A stretch of DNA of 64,000 nucleotides from Candidatus Poribacteria bacterium (GCA_965242965.1 OZ251518.1:1312001-1376000), one strand, 5' to 3'. Numbered from the stretch's first letter, positions 1-10,141 are shown. Translations and numbers: made by a program. The notes: a model not told the origin generated them from the sequence alone.

Positions 1-117
1 TACAGTTGACGCGGAGATTGTCGCCTCATAAGCGTTTCTAACGAACAAAAAGTCTCCGACGAGACTGACATGTCCACGCTCACGCCGAGGCAAACGTGTT
101 TGAGAGCCATAGAAAAA

Positions 118-1290
118 ATGCGCCTAAAACCGAGCCAACTGCTCACCGCCTATCTACCAGCCTTGCTGATGGATTTCGCGTTTAGCAGCCTACTGACGAA
201 CACCTCCTTTTACACGAGTCATCTGCGTCTCTCAAACGCATTCCTCGGCGGGCTAATGGCGGTAACCACTGCCTTCTTCGCGATGCTCGCCATCCCGTTC
301 GGGCGGCTATCCGACCGGGGAGAGCGACGGTGGGTGCTTTACGCAGCGTGCATCCTCATCGGGGCTGTCAGCATCGGGCTACCGTTCTGCCGGAGCCGAC
401 TGCACCTCCTCCTCATCTTTCCGGGTGTCGGAATAGGGATGGCACTTTTTTGGCCGGCTTATGAAGCATGGCTCGCTGAACGGGAAGGCGAAGGCGAACT
501 GATTCATCGGGTGATGCTTTTCAATCTCTTTTGGAGTATCGGGATAACCCTCGGCCCGGCAGCCGCCGGCTATCTCTATCGCGATGCAAACCCGTTTACA
601 CCGTTCTACCTTGCAAGTATCTTCAGTGTGCTGACAGGCGCGACAATCTTTTCAAACAAACCCAATCCCGCTGTCCGCACGGAGGCGACTGAAGAAGAAA
701 CGGCAGAACCTGTCTTTCCGCCGCCTGCAGTGCGAACTACCTATCTCCACGTTGCGCGATGCGCGAATTTCGCGTCCTGGTTCGCGCTGGGAGTTCTGCG
801 CAGACTCGCGCCGAAACTTATCTTGGAGATGGGGCTCGCCGCCAAAGTTTTCGGGAATCTAATGCTCATCCTTGGCGGCATCCAAACCTTAACATTCATC
901 GGGCTCGGTGGCGGGTATTCAACCCGGTGGCACTATCGACTCGCACCCCTCCTCATCGTCCAAGCGGTGGCGATTATCAGTTTCATCGGCATCTGGCAGG
1001 TTCAGCATGCAACGTTATGGGCGTTTACCTTCGTCGGTATCGGCGTGTCTGTCGCCTTCACCTATTTCAGTAGCCTCTACTATGGGTTAGACAGGCAGGT
1101 AGACAAAGGCAATAAAAGCGGCTGGCACGAGGCAATTTTAGGCACTGGCATTCTCCTCGGTCCTTTTTTAGGCGGTATCGCCGCTGATTCGCAATTCGGC
1201 GTTCAGAGCCCTTATCTTCTCTGTGCCGCCGCGATTGCAATCGCTGTTGTCATAGAAATTTTCATTCACCAAAAGCGTCATAACCCATAG
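118..1290 (+). CDS. MFS transporter
   Basis: About 12 hydrophobic segments and MFS motif A-like GRLSDRGERR. ORF track starts at 70; ATG 118 is preferred but the start is uncertain. Confidence 0.85.
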   Translation: MRLKPSQLLTAYLPALLMDFAFSSLLTNTSFYTSHLRLSNAFLGGLMAVTTAFFAMLAIPFGRLSDRGERRWVLYAACILIGAVSIGLPFCRSRLHLLLIFPGVGIGMALFWPAYEAWLAEREGEGELIHRVMLFNLFWSIGITLGPAAAGYLYRDANPFTPFYLASIFSVLTGATIFSNKPNPAVRTEATEEETAEPVFPPPAVRTTYLHVARCANFASWFALGVLRRLAPKLILEMGLAAKVFGNLMLILGGIQTLTFIGLGGGYSTRWHYRLAPLLIVQAVAIISFIGIWQVQHATLWAFTFVGIGVSVAFTYFSSLYYGLDRQVDKGNKSGWHEAILGTGILLGPFLGGIAADSQFGVQSPYLLCAAAIAIAVVIEIFIHQKRHNP

Positions 1291-1329
1291 AGCCAATGCA
1301 GCCTCTTCCCGGTAAGGGACTTGTCAATA

Positions 1330-1790
1330 GGCGCGCCGGGTCTCCATACATCCCTGTAGGAGAGACCTCCCGGTCTCGATTGCTCCCTATAAGCGAGACC
1401 TCCTGGTCTCGATGTTCACCGGCGCGCGGGGGCCTGTCCCCCGCGCATCATCACCAAGAGGGGCGTTTTAGGTCCGTTAGTACCTTAATCATGAAAACAC
1501 GCTGCACAGCAAAATCTATTAAGGACCTAAAGGACTTTAGGGCTCTTCGCGGCCGCGCATGCTATAGACATGCAGGACCTAAAGGACCTGAAGAAAGAGA
1601 GAGACGTTTTTCCCTGTAGCGCGAGCGATCGCGAGGGACAGGCCCTCGCCCTACGATGAAGTGGGCTTTCTGCTGTCGCGGCCCCGGTAGGCGCGCCGCC
1701 CTATTGCATCGAGACCGGGAGGTCTCTCCTACCAAGAGGGCGCGGTATTCGGGGAGGATAAATGCCGAAACGGAGTTATGAAACACTCTC
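1330..1790. repeat. Composite REP-like array (GTAG REPs, ATAG module, GAGGGTGTTTCATAA-type end)
   Basis: GTAGGAGAGACCTCCCGGTCTCGAT, GAGGGACAGGCCCTCGCCCTAC, CTATAGACAT..GGACCTAAAGGACCT; ends gagttatgaaacactctc at about 1773-1790. Lies between convergent genes. Confidence 0.85.
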
Positions 1791-1792
1791 GG

Positions 1793-2917
1793 TTAAGTGG
1801 CTCTGAGAGGATGCTCCCTAATGTAATCCTCATCAGGCGTAACGCCGAGGCCAGGCATATCCGGCACCGTCACCTGATGCTCACGAATTTCCACGCCGCT
1901 GACTGCCAGCGTCGTTAAAAACGCCGGCGCATTCAACTCCGCCGGTAAAACCAAATCCAAGGTAGCGAACAGGTGCACAGACGCGATGAAACCGATACCT
2001 GCCTCTGTCAACCCGCTACCGAGCATCTCCAACGCATTCGCCTCGGCGACATGGACGCTCTTCAGGCATTCCGCCAACCCTCCCGATTTACACACTTTCA
2101 AAACGACAGCATCGGCGCATTCAAGTCGCGCAATCTTTGCCAAATCAAACGAGGTAAAACAGCCTTCGTCAATCGCAATCGGAAGAGACGCGTTATCCCG
2201 CACGCGCTTCATGCCGAACCAGTCTTGACTTGCAACTGGTTGCTCCATGCAGTAGATTTCACGAAGATCAGCGACTCGGTTGAGGAGTTCAACGGCTCTG
2301 GAGGGGACATAAGACTGATTCGCGTCAATCCAGAGCGTTGCATCCGGCATTGCCTCATGCACAGCGCGCAAACGTTCTTCATCTGCGCCTGGCTCTCCCG
2401 CGACTTTCACCTTAAAACAGCGGCACGGCGACAACGCTTTCGCCTTCAATCCCATTATCTCCGGTGTATCAATGCTTAGCGCATAACAGAGCGGCAAAGC
2501 ATCGTGGCGTTTTCCGCCGAAGAGCGTATGTAACGGCACGCCTAGGATGCGGGCACCCAAGTCATGCAAAGCGATATCAACGGAGGCTTTAGCGAAAGGA
2601 TGCCCGTTGCTGACAGCGGGTTTCAACGCCTGATACATCGCATCGTGGATTTTGTTGAGATGCAGGGGATTCTGTCCGATGAGAAGCGGCGCGAGATGAA
2701 ACTGAATCGTTGAGGTAATTGATTCCACCGTTTCATAACTCCACGAAGGAAGCGCGCGCTGTTCTCCCCAACCGATGTAACCGTCGTCTGTGGTGATTTT
2801 GACGAAGATATGGTGCCCTGCCGATGCCGCATCCCCGACAAAGCCGGTGCCGATAGTGAAAACATCTTTCATGCCGATGGCGGTAGGAAAAACGTCTACG
2901 TGTGCGATTTTACTCAT
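1793..2917 (-). CDS. Enolase superfamily enzyme (muconate cycloisomerase / dipeptide epimerase-like)
   Basis: FKVKV (KxK), IDANQ, MEQP, IDEG metal ligands, PGLG C-terminal motif. Confidence 0.9.
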   Translation of the reverse strand: MSKIAHVDVFPTAIGMKDVFTIGTGFVGDAASAGHHIFVKITTDDGYIGWGEQRALPSWSYETVESITSTIQFHLAPLLIGQNPLHLNKIHDAMYQALKPAVSNGHPFAKASVDIALHDLGARILGVPLHTLFGGKRHDALPLCYALSIDTPEIMGLKAKALSPCRCFKVKVAGEPGADEERLRAVHEAMPDATLWIDANQSYVPSRAVELLNRVADLREIYCMEQPVASQDWFGMKRVRDNASLPIAIDEGCFTSFDLAKIARLECADAVVLKVCKSGGLAECLKSVHVAEANALEMLGSGLTEAGIGFIASVHLFATLDLVLPAELNAPAFLTTLAVSGVEIREHQVTVPDMPGLGVTPDEDYIREHPLRAT

Positions 2918-3061
2918 AATGCTGTTTCCGTTGCGGGTTGAGAAATTGTGAATCTGTGAGAAAGCATACCACGATTCACGGAAATGATCAAAACGAATTT
3001 TTAACCTTTCATTTCGCGATTATGCTATAATGCAAAAAAGCACTCTTTACGGAGGCACCTC

Positions 3062-4243
3062 ATGTTGACTATCAAACGCCTTGAAGCCATCTCATTGAAC
3101 GTGCCGTTCTATTGCGAGCGCGTCAGTCGCCACATGCACCGCGCCTTGACACACGGCGAGCGCGTCTACGTCTATCGCGTTGAATTCAGCAACGGCACCG
3201 TCGGGTATGGCGAAAATTTAGCAGATGAATCGGATAACATCGAACGCCTCATCGGGCAGAACCCGTTTGCGATGATGAACGATGACAGCATCGGGTTCGG
3301 CATCCAGATGGCACTTTTTGATGCAATCGGGAAAGTCGTGGACGTGCCAGTCTATCAACTCGTTGGCACAAAGGTTCGCGAAAAATGCCCTATCTCGTGG
3401 TGGGATATCGACATGCCGCCCGAAGATTGGGTGGCGGAGGTAGAAGAATCGGTGCGCCGAGGCTATACTTCCGCGAAACTCAAAGCACGCCCATGGCGAG
3501 ACATCTTCGCGCAGGTAGACGCAGTCGGCGACGCTGTGCCGGCAGATTATCGGTTGGATATTGATTTCAACGGCTTCCTCCGCACGGCGGACAACGCCAT
3601 CCCGGTTCTACAACGGCTTGACGAACACCCGAACGTCGCCATTTACGAGAGTCCGTTTTATCTCGGTACCGATGTCACAGGTGCCGGGAGGTTGCAGGCG
3701 GCTGTCCAAAAACGCATCGTTGAGCATTTTAACGAGGCATGTTTGCATGCGCGCTGTTGCGGCGGGTTCGTTGTCGGCGGCGGCGTAACTGCACTGCGAA
3801 GGACTAACGCGCTCTGTGCATCCTTTGAGCAACCGTTCTGGTTACAAATGGTAGGCACCGGCATTACGACAGCGTATGCGGTGCATCTCGGAGCCGTGCT
3901 GTCGCAAGCCGAATTACCTGCGATTACCTGTCACGAGTTATGGGAGTCCGATCTCCTCAAAAACCGCCTCCCTGTTCTTAACGGAACAATTCAGGTTTCG
4001 GAGGCTCCTGGGCTCGGCATTGAGGTAGATGAGGCTGCCTTAGCGGCGTATCGCGTCGAGAAAACCGAACCTACCCCGCAGCAACGCTTCCGCGAAAGCG
4101 AGTATACGTGCCGGGTGCATATTCCGAATGCTGATGGCGGCGAACACATTCACGATTTCACAGGCGAAGATGTCTATTATCCGGCGTTTAGTGAGGGTGA
4201 GTATCCGGGGTTCGTGCCGGGGGTATGGATGGAAGTCGTGTGA
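3062..4243 (+). CDS. Mandelate racemase / muconate lactonizing enzyme family protein
   Basis: AKLK, DIDFN, YESP, APGLGIEVD; RBS GGAGG; divergent from the previous gene. Confidence 0.85.
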   Translation: MLTIKRLEAISLNVPFYCERVSRHMHRALTHGERVYVYRVEFSNGTVGYGENLADESDNIERLIGQNPFAMMNDDSIGFGIQMALFDAIGKVVDVPVYQLVGTKVREKCPISWWDIDMPPEDWVAEVEESVRRGYTSAKLKARPWRDIFAQVDAVGDAVPADYRLDIDFNGFLRTADNAIPVLQRLDEHPNVAIYESPFYLGTDVTGAGRLQAAVQKRIVEHFNEACLHARCCGGFVVGGGVTALRRTNALCASFEQPFWLQMVGTGITTAYAVHLGAVLSQAELPAITCHELWESDLLKNRLPVLNGTIQVSEAPGLGIEVDEAALAAYRVEKTEPTPQQRFRESEYTCRVHIPNADGGEHIHDFTGEDVYYPAFSEGEYPGFVPGVWMEVV

Positions 4244-4266
4244 TATGTCCCCGCTGCAATTGAGAC

Positions 4267-4626
4267 TCACAGATTGGGCATAGGTTTCGTTCGGATGCGA
4301 TTTTCATCAGCAACCGCAAAAACCCCTGCCCAATCGGTTTGACTTTCCAACACGCTCACCACGGTATGGACGGTGACAGTTGCGGAAGCAGATGGCAGAC
4401 GAAATAGAATTATCCCGAAAGGGGCGTTCAATCCAAAACGGTGGACTAATTCCCCAAAATCTTTATCAAAGGTAATCAGGGTTCGCTTTTGCGCTGTCGC
4501 GAGAGCCAGGACTTCCACATCATTGATACTCGGGTGCGCTTCCTTTATCCATAGGACATCGTGTCCACGGCCTCGAAGCGTTTGCACGAATAAACTCGGG
4601 AGGTTTTCATCAGCTATGATGCGCAT
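4267..4626 (-). CDS. DUF5615 / Mut7-C-like PIN-domain toxin
   Basis: MRIIADENL..GHDV..DVEVL..LITFDKDFGEL typical of the VapC45-like PIN family; 3 nt downstream of the DUF433 gene. Confidence 0.9.
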   Translation of the reverse strand: MRIIADENLPSLFVQTLRGRGHDVLWIKEAHPSINDVEVLALATAQKRTLITFDKDFGELVHRFGLNAPFGIILFRLPSASATVTVHTVVSVLESQTDWAGVFAVADENRIRTKPMPNL

Positions 4627-4629
4627 TGA

Positions 4630-5151
4630 TTAGTTCCGTAGCGGTTGGCAAGGCTTTGCCGCGGCCAGCATCGCACTCGCGTAAGCAAGGCAGGCGCGGA
4701 TATCCTCAAGCACAAGACTCGGATAATTCTCCAGAATCTCTGCCTCACTCCATCCGTTCGCCAGCAATTCAAGGATGAATTCAACGGTTAACCGCGTGCC
4801 TCTGACAGCCGGTCTGCCCATCACGATGTTTTTATCAGTGGCGATGCGACCTATTAACAGATGCGCGCGCTGATCTTTCATCTTGAGCCCGAGTTCCGTT
4901 ATCTGCCAATATCCGCGTTGGGGCGATGCGACGAAGCCCTCGGATTTCAAGTCCAGTCTGGCCCAATTGCAACGATGATAAAACCGCGACTGCCCACTCG
5001 ACAAACTTTCCTCTAACTCCGCCTTAGTCAGCGAAAAGTGCTCAACGAGGGTATCCACGAGTGCCTTCCAACACCACACTTTCCCATCGGCGAGACATTG
5101 GAGAAGGACAGGTTCAATTTCTTTGTTTGTCGGCAATGAACTCACAGCCAT
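4630..5151 (-). CDS. Mrr N-terminal winged-helix fused to DUF433 antitoxin
   Basis: N-half LVEHFSLT..SGQSRFYHRCNWARLDLKSEG..RGYWQITELG (Mrr_N); C-half GRPAVRGTRLTVEFILELLANGWSEAEILENYPSL (DUF433); ATG 5151 with RBS GAGGAG. Confidence 0.85.
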   Translation of the reverse strand: MAVSSLPTNKEIEPVLLQCLADGKVWCWKALVDTLVEHFSLTKAELEESLSSGQSRFYHRCNWARLDLKSEGFVASPQRGYWQITELGLKMKDQRAHLLIGRIATDKNIVMGRPAVRGTRLTVEFILELLANGWSEAEILENYPSLVLEDIRACLAYASAMLAAAKPCQPLRN

Positions 5152-5226
5152 TTTAAGTTCTCCTCTATCCATTGAAATGATGCCGCTGCTTTTCGGTGCA
5201 GCGACTGTTTCCAAAGTTTACCATAT

Positions 5227-5259
5227 AGGATACCACAATTTGACGCGTTTGTCAAATTG
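5227..5259 (-). promoter_or_regulatory. Sigma70-type promoter with overlapping palindromic operator
   Basis: TTGACA (5255-5250), 17 bp, TATCCT (5232-5227) with TG extension; perfect inverted repeat CAATTTGAC-N6-GTCAAATTG at 5236-5259. Confidence 0.65.
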
Positions 5260-5266
5260 GTACACT

Positions 5267-5818
5267 GGTAGGAGAGACCTCCCGGTCTCGATGTTCCCGT
5301 AGCGCGGGGCCCTCGGATGCCATACGCGCATCCGAGAGGGTTTCCCCCGCGATGGTTCAAAAACCGTTTTTTATCGTAGCGCGGGGGCCTGTCCCCCGCG
5401 ATCGCCATCGTCAAGAGGGGCGTTTTAGGGCCTTTGGGACTTACATGTCTATAGAAACACGTATCGCGCCGTTTTCAAGGGCCCTTAATAAAAACACGCG
5501 CGGCCCTGGCAAAACCTATTAAGGACCTAAAGGACCTTAGTGTTCTTCGCGATCGCGCGTGCTATAGACATTCAGGTCCTACAGACCTGAAGAGAATAAG
5601 AGACGTTTTTTCCGTAGCGCGAACGCTGGCGAGGGACAGGCCCTCGCCCTACGGTGAAGTGCAGTTTTTATCGTAGCGCGGGGGCCTGTCCCCCGCGAGC
5701 GTTGGAGTGCACCGACGCTGGCGAGGGACAGGCCCTCGCCCTACGTGAAGGGGCGGCGTTTTTTCACCGCAGCGCGGGGCCTGTCACCGCAACGTTGAGC
5801 GAGTTATGGAACACCCTT
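5267..5818. repeat. Composite REP-like array
   Basis: GTAG REPs, ATAG module at about 5425-5590, terminal gagttatggaacaccct at about 5801-5817. Confidence 0.85.
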
Positions 5819-5832
5819 AGTTATCCTGACTC

Positions 5833-7272
5833 CTAATCGCGCGAGGTAGCAGGTAATTCTAATTGATGTTCACTAATATGACGCTCGCTTTTGTTGCGAG
5901 TCCTGATAACCCACGGCACCTTGATGCGTTGGTTGATGGACTCAGGATTTGCGAAGTAGGCATCATCGATGTTCCAGAATTGGAGGCGATGATATCGCTG
6001 TCCATTATGTTCGATGTAGCCTTCTCTTTCACGTTGTTCCAGCATGCTTTTTGTCGCATTGCAGTTAAGCATAATGAAGATGCCGATATCTGCCTCTTGA
6101 TTACGCATGGAGGTGCAGAACGCTCGGACCTGGGCAATGCTTGGATTCCCTGACTTTACCTCGGCGACGACTTTGCCAACGTATTGTGCCATGTTGCTGG
6201 AGTCCCATATCTTCACTGGGAGTACCCCATCGATGCCACCATCGCCTACGTTGGTGGTAGGTTCTAATCCCAACCGTGTCACAGCCCAGTTAGCGAAGTC
6301 GTGATACTTTTTCTCGTCGCGGGCTAACTTGATTGCCTCTTGCACGGTTGTCGGATACCCCTCAATGTCATAATCAATGGAGGAATTGAATCCGTAACGC
6401 TCTCGTAGCCGTTTTTGCATCGGGTCGAGGGCGAGAATGGTTAAGTCAATGCCTATCCATTGCCGTTCTAATGCCTCGGCTGCATCAATGGTGGTGCCAC
6501 ACCCCGCGAACGGATCAAGCACAACATCGCCGGGGTTTGAGGACGCTTTGATGATGCGCTCGTAGAGGGCGCGAGGTTTCTGCGTAGGATAACCGAGTCG
6601 TTCGTGCGCCCTATTGTTTAAAGAGGGGATGTCCGTCCAATAATCAAGCATGCCTTTCTCTTTACCACCCATCCTCGCGCTTGTCGCGGGGACAGTTGGC
6701 TTGTCGAAATAATACTCTTCACCCTTTGAGTAGAAGAAAATAATGTCGTGTTTCTTCGAGAAACACCGCTTTGAACTACCGCCAAGTCCATAGCACCAGA
6801 TAATCTCGTTACGAAAATTCGCCGCGCCGAAAATCGCATCCATCATGCCCTTGAGGTAGTGACTCGCCGACGCATCGCAGTGCAGATAAATGCTACCGTC
6901 ATCGCGCAAGACCCGGTGCATCTCGGCGATACGCGGTCCCATGAATGCGAGATATGCTCGGAGCGACGCTGGCTGTCCACTTACGGCATTCTGTAGCACC
7001 ATATCATATCCCTCAAGGCAGTTGTTAAGTCGCTTGTAGGTGTTGTTCCCGCGTGCCAGTTGCCGAATCTCATCGCGCGCTTTTTCGGCGGGTTCGTCCC
7101 ACGTCCACGTATCCACGAACGCTTTTTTCATGGCATCGGATTCGGGGAGGAATGTGTTGTAGTTGCGCCCGCTATTGAACGGCGGATCCGTGCAGCAAAG
7201 GTTGACTGACTTGTCTGCGATAGCCTCGCGCATCACGGTGAGATTGTCTCCGAAAATCATTCGTCTTATCAT
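5833..7272 (-). CDS. Beta-class N4/N6 DNA methyltransferase fused to Mrr-like PD-(D/E)xK domain (copy 1)
   Basis: DPPFNS (motif IV) precedes DPFAGCGT (motif I); YPTQKP; C-terminal GDGGIDG..AEVKSG. ORF-track start 7347 lies in a repeat end, so ATG 7272 is preferred. Confidence 0.9.
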   Translation of the reverse strand: MIRRMIFGDNLTVMREAIADKSVNLCCTDPPFNSGRNYNTFLPESDAMKKAFVDTWTWDEPAEKARDEIRQLARGNNTYKRLNNCLEGYDMVLQNAVSGQPASLRAYLAFMGPRIAEMHRVLRDDGSIYLHCDASASHYLKGMMDAIFGAANFRNEIIWCYGLGGSSKRCFSKKHDIIFFYSKGEEYYFDKPTVPATSARMGGKEKGMLDYWTDIPSLNNRAHERLGYPTQKPRALYERIIKASSNPGDVVLDPFAGCGTTIDAAEALERQWIGIDLTILALDPMQKRLRERYGFNSSIDYDIEGYPTTVQEAIKLARDEKKYHDFANWAVTRLGLEPTTNVGDGGIDGVLPVKIWDSSNMAQYVGKVVAEVKSGNPSIAQVRAFCTSMRNQEADIGIFIMLNCNATKSMLEQREREGYIEHNGQRYHRLQFWNIDDAYFANPESINQRIKVPWVIRTRNKSERHISEHQLELPATSRD

Positions 7273-7334
7273 GTGTAATTCTCTTTTTGTTTGAGTGTGC
7301 GGGCGGCTCCACGCCGCCCGCCGGGGATTTGGTT

Positions 7335-7704
7335 GAGGGGGTTTCATAAATCGATGGCTTCCCGGTAGGAGAGACCTCCCGGTCTCGCTATCTTCCAGTA
7401 GGAGAGACCTCCCGGTCTCGATGAGGTAAGGCGTGCCCGCTCTTGCCCTGTTCGGGTGCGCGCCGCCTATAGTTCAGGAGCACCTGCTCCTGAACTGTTT
7501 GTGATGAGACGCTTGCAAACGACAGCAGGATGGCTCTCCTACGGGTGTGCATCGAGACCAGGAGGTCTCTCCTACGGGGACATCGCTCGCATTGTGACAG
7601 GGACGGTGCACCGCCTGGAAGAAGAAATCGAGACCAGGAGGTCTCTCCTACGGGGAAGAGGTGATGCGGGAATAGGAACTCCCGCACCACACCGAAATAC
7701 CGAA
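7335..7704. repeat. Composite REP-like array with left GAGGGGGTTTCATAAATCG end
   Basis: Several GTAGGAGAGACCTCCCGGTCTCG copies in both orientations and a partial GTGG hairpin at about 7661-7692. Confidence 0.8.
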
Positions 7705-9069
7705 TCATTCACCCTCTTCGGCGAAATAATCCGAATCCACCCGCTTAATCTCATAAGACTTGGTGACAGAAACGCCAACGTTGTAGTCGATCATGGACTG
7801 CGCGAGTTGATGGCCATCAATCAGGACAATCTTGGTATCCCTGGAGTCAATCGACGACACATATTCCCTGGCACGGTTGGAAAACGCCGAGGTTGTGATG
7901 AAAATCCCTTTCCGAGCACGCCGCCCTGACAATGCTCCGACAAAATCACGAACAGGCGGCTCACCAACGTCGGCCTGCCACCTTTTCGCTTGAACGTAAA
8001 TCACGTCAAGACCGAGGATGTCTTCGTTAATGACCCCGTCAATGCCGCCATCACCGCTGCCACCTACGGCTCTTCCGGCCTCTTCGCGCGAACCGCCGTA
8101 ACCCATCGCAACGAGCAGATCGATAACGAGTTCCTCGAAAAAGTCGGGCGAGTTATCCTGAATCCGTTGAAGCAGGTCTGCCGTTAGTGCGTCTTGAATC
8201 TGTTGATAGTTTGTCTCAATAGATTCCTCGGCGGCTTGGGCTAAGTTGTCTTCAACGGGAATATAATCACTAGCTGCAACGGCGGAGATCGAGGTAGCAG
8301 TGTCCGATTCAGACCCTTCGCGAATCTGTTCCGACTTAGCAAACCACCCTCTCCTAGGTTTCATCAGCTGCCCCGATTTGACTAAGTTATTCGCCGCGAT
8401 AGTTACCACATTGCGGAAAAGTTTGTAATAGTTGGACTGAGCCGACCCCCGAGCGTTCCTCTGCCGATCTGTCAGTGAAAAATGTTCCGCCAATTGATTC
8501 ACGACATCCTTGGTGGACATTCCGCGATCTGGATAGTCAAGTGCCAGCAAAGCAGCTTGCACGGCTTCGTTCGACGGTAACTCAACTTCATAATCCTGGT
8601 CGGTTTCAGGATCAAAAGCCGTTCTCGTCACGGTTGCAAAAATTCTATCTCCCGAAGCATCCGAGTTTCCTTCACTAGCGGACTCTCGTGAAGATTCGCG
8701 AACTCTTTCAAGTCCGCTCTCCGCGTGGCGATTAGAAATGCCACGCACGCCCTTCTGCGGCTGCGATTTGCGCCTCGGCGGCATGCAACCGTATTTCTTG
8801 AAGTTCGCGTCGGAGAGTTCCAACCCCTTATAGGTAAGAAACTCTTTGACGTGATCTCTCCAGATCGGTGCGCGGCGCATACGTTCCATTTGGACATAGG
8901 AAAGCCCAGCCCGAAGACATATGGTGTCGCCAGACGTGGCATACCAGGTTACCCCTTCATGCCTCAACTCAAGCATTTGGGGAATTGACAACTTGGAATC
9001 AATAGACGCTTCTGCGCCATCGATATCCACAAAATTAATCTGCATCGAGTTGTCCTGAATCCTCTGCAT
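7705..9069 (-). CDS. mrr: Mrr family restriction endonuclease with N-terminal extension
   Basis: PDFFEELVIDLLVAMGYGGS..GSGDGGIDGVINEDILGLDVIYVQAKRW..KGIFITTS..LIDG; Mrr_N domain mid-protein. Confidence 0.92.
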   Translation of the reverse strand: MQRIQDNSMQINFVDIDGAEASIDSKLSIPQMLELRHEGVTWYATSGDTICLRAGLSYVQMERMRRAPIWRDHVKEFLTYKGLELSDANFKKYGCMPPRRKSQPQKGVRGISNRHAESGLERVRESSRESASEGNSDASGDRIFATVTRTAFDPETDQDYEVELPSNEAVQAALLALDYPDRGMSTKDVVNQLAEHFSLTDRQRNARGSAQSNYYKLFRNVVTIAANNLVKSGQLMKPRRGWFAKSEQIREGSESDTATSISAVAASDYIPVEDNLAQAAEESIETNYQQIQDALTADLLQRIQDNSPDFFEELVIDLLVAMGYGGSREEAGRAVGGSGDGGIDGVINEDILGLDVIYVQAKRWQADVGEPPVRDFVGALSGRRARKGIFITTSAFSNRAREYVSSIDSRDTKIVLIDGHQLAQSMIDYNVGVSVTKSYEIKRVDSDYFAEEGE

Positions 9070-9194
9070 AAAATACCTCCATTTTAGCGCGATGTGGTGC
9101 AGGAATCAGGACCTCGCACCACATCGAAATTCGGCGGGCGCGTATTGTCGCGATGCCCGCGTTTCTCGGTTTTGATGTCAAACCGAATTAGCCG
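9063..9194. repeat. Structured intergenic direct repeat, copy A
   Basis: Near-identical to 10003-10127; stems GATGTGGTGC/GCACCACATC and GCGGGC/GCCCGC; includes RBS GGAGG and the ATG CAG start. Confidence 0.9.
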
Positions 9195-10009
9195 TGGAAA
9201 ACGTTGTACTCAAGCAGAAGCCGGGCGAGTTCCTCTCCATCAATGAGGCCAACGATCCGAAAGCCTTCCTCAGGGTTTTTTGCTGATGATTCTGCAGCCT
9301 CTTTAGCACGTTTGCTAAACCCCGAGGTGGCGACAAAAATGCCCATCCTTGCATCTCGCAATTTTAAGGCATTCTTGAAGTTGTCAATAGCCGTGTTTGA
9401 GACGTTTATTTGCTGACGTTTCGTTTGGATACAAACCTCATAGATGCCGAGCCTATGATCCTTAACGATTCCGTCAATACCACCGTCCCCAACGCGCCCC
9501 ACGTGTTCTCCGGTGCCATATCCCATTTTACTGATAAGATCGACAACCAGTTGTTCAAAAACAGTGGGATCCATTTGCCGGAGTTCTTGTAGCAACGCTT
9601 CCTCCAACGTCTTTCGGATTCCTTGATACGGTTTTTCAACAGGAACCGGGGGATCGGAATCTAGCACAGGCTCGGAATTCGGTGGGCGCGGTGTAGTTGG
9701 GGAGAGACAGTACGGTTTCCCCTTGCCATTCGGCTGCACTAACTCCCCTTCTCTTAAGAGGTTTTGAAACGCGGGGTGTACAACCCTATAGAGAAAAACG
9801 GTGCGCCCGGAACGGAACTCTGCTCTTCGCTGTCCATCAGTGAGCTGCAAATTATCAGCTAATGTATCTACTGTATCCTTCATCCGAATTCCCTCGGGCG
9901 GAAATTCAAGTTCAAGAATCGCGTTTTTGACTTCTTCAGGTGCAGGCATTTCTATCTCGTACTTTTGTTCCGTTTCAGGATCCAAAGCCCGTCGCTTTAC
10001 TGTCTGCAT
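9188..10009 (-). CDS. Mrr-like restriction endonuclease (second paralog)
   Basis: FEQLVVDLISKMGYG..GDGGIDG..IQTKR..GIFVATS..LIDG; Mrr_N-like N-terminus similar to the 7705 gene (ALDPETEQKYEIEMP vs AFDPETDQDYEVELP). Confidence 0.88.
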   Translation of the reverse strand: MQTVKRRALDPETEQKYEIEMPAPEEVKNAILELEFPPEGIRMKDTVDTLADNLQLTDGQRRAEFRSGRTVFLYRVVHPAFQNLLREGELVQPNGKGKPYCLSPTTPRPPNSEPVLDSDPPVPVEKPYQGIRKTLEEALLQELRQMDPTVFEQLVVDLISKMGYGTGEHVGRVGDGGIDGIVKDHRLGIYEVCIQTKRQQINVSNTAIDNFKNALKLRDARMGIFVATSGFSKRAKEAAESSAKNPEEGFRIVGLIDGEELARLLLEYNVFHG

Positions 10010-10127
10010 AAAATACCTCCATTTTAGCGCGATGTGGTGCAGGAATCAGAATCCCGCGCCACATCGAAATTCGGCGGGAGCGTAGTTCGCGCTGCCCGCA
10101 TTTCTCGGTTTTGATCCGAATTAGCCG
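10003..10127. repeat. Structured intergenic direct repeat, copy B
   Basis: Same sequence as 9063-9194 with substitutions mostly in loop regions. Confidence 0.9.
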
Positions 10128-10141
10128 CGATTAGGCGGTTT

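Noticed and set aside
9063-10127. Integron attC interpretation of the inter-Mrr repeat
   Set aside because: No RYYYAAC/GTTRRRY box pair forming a single long hairpin and no integrase in the window; kept as an unexplained structured repeat
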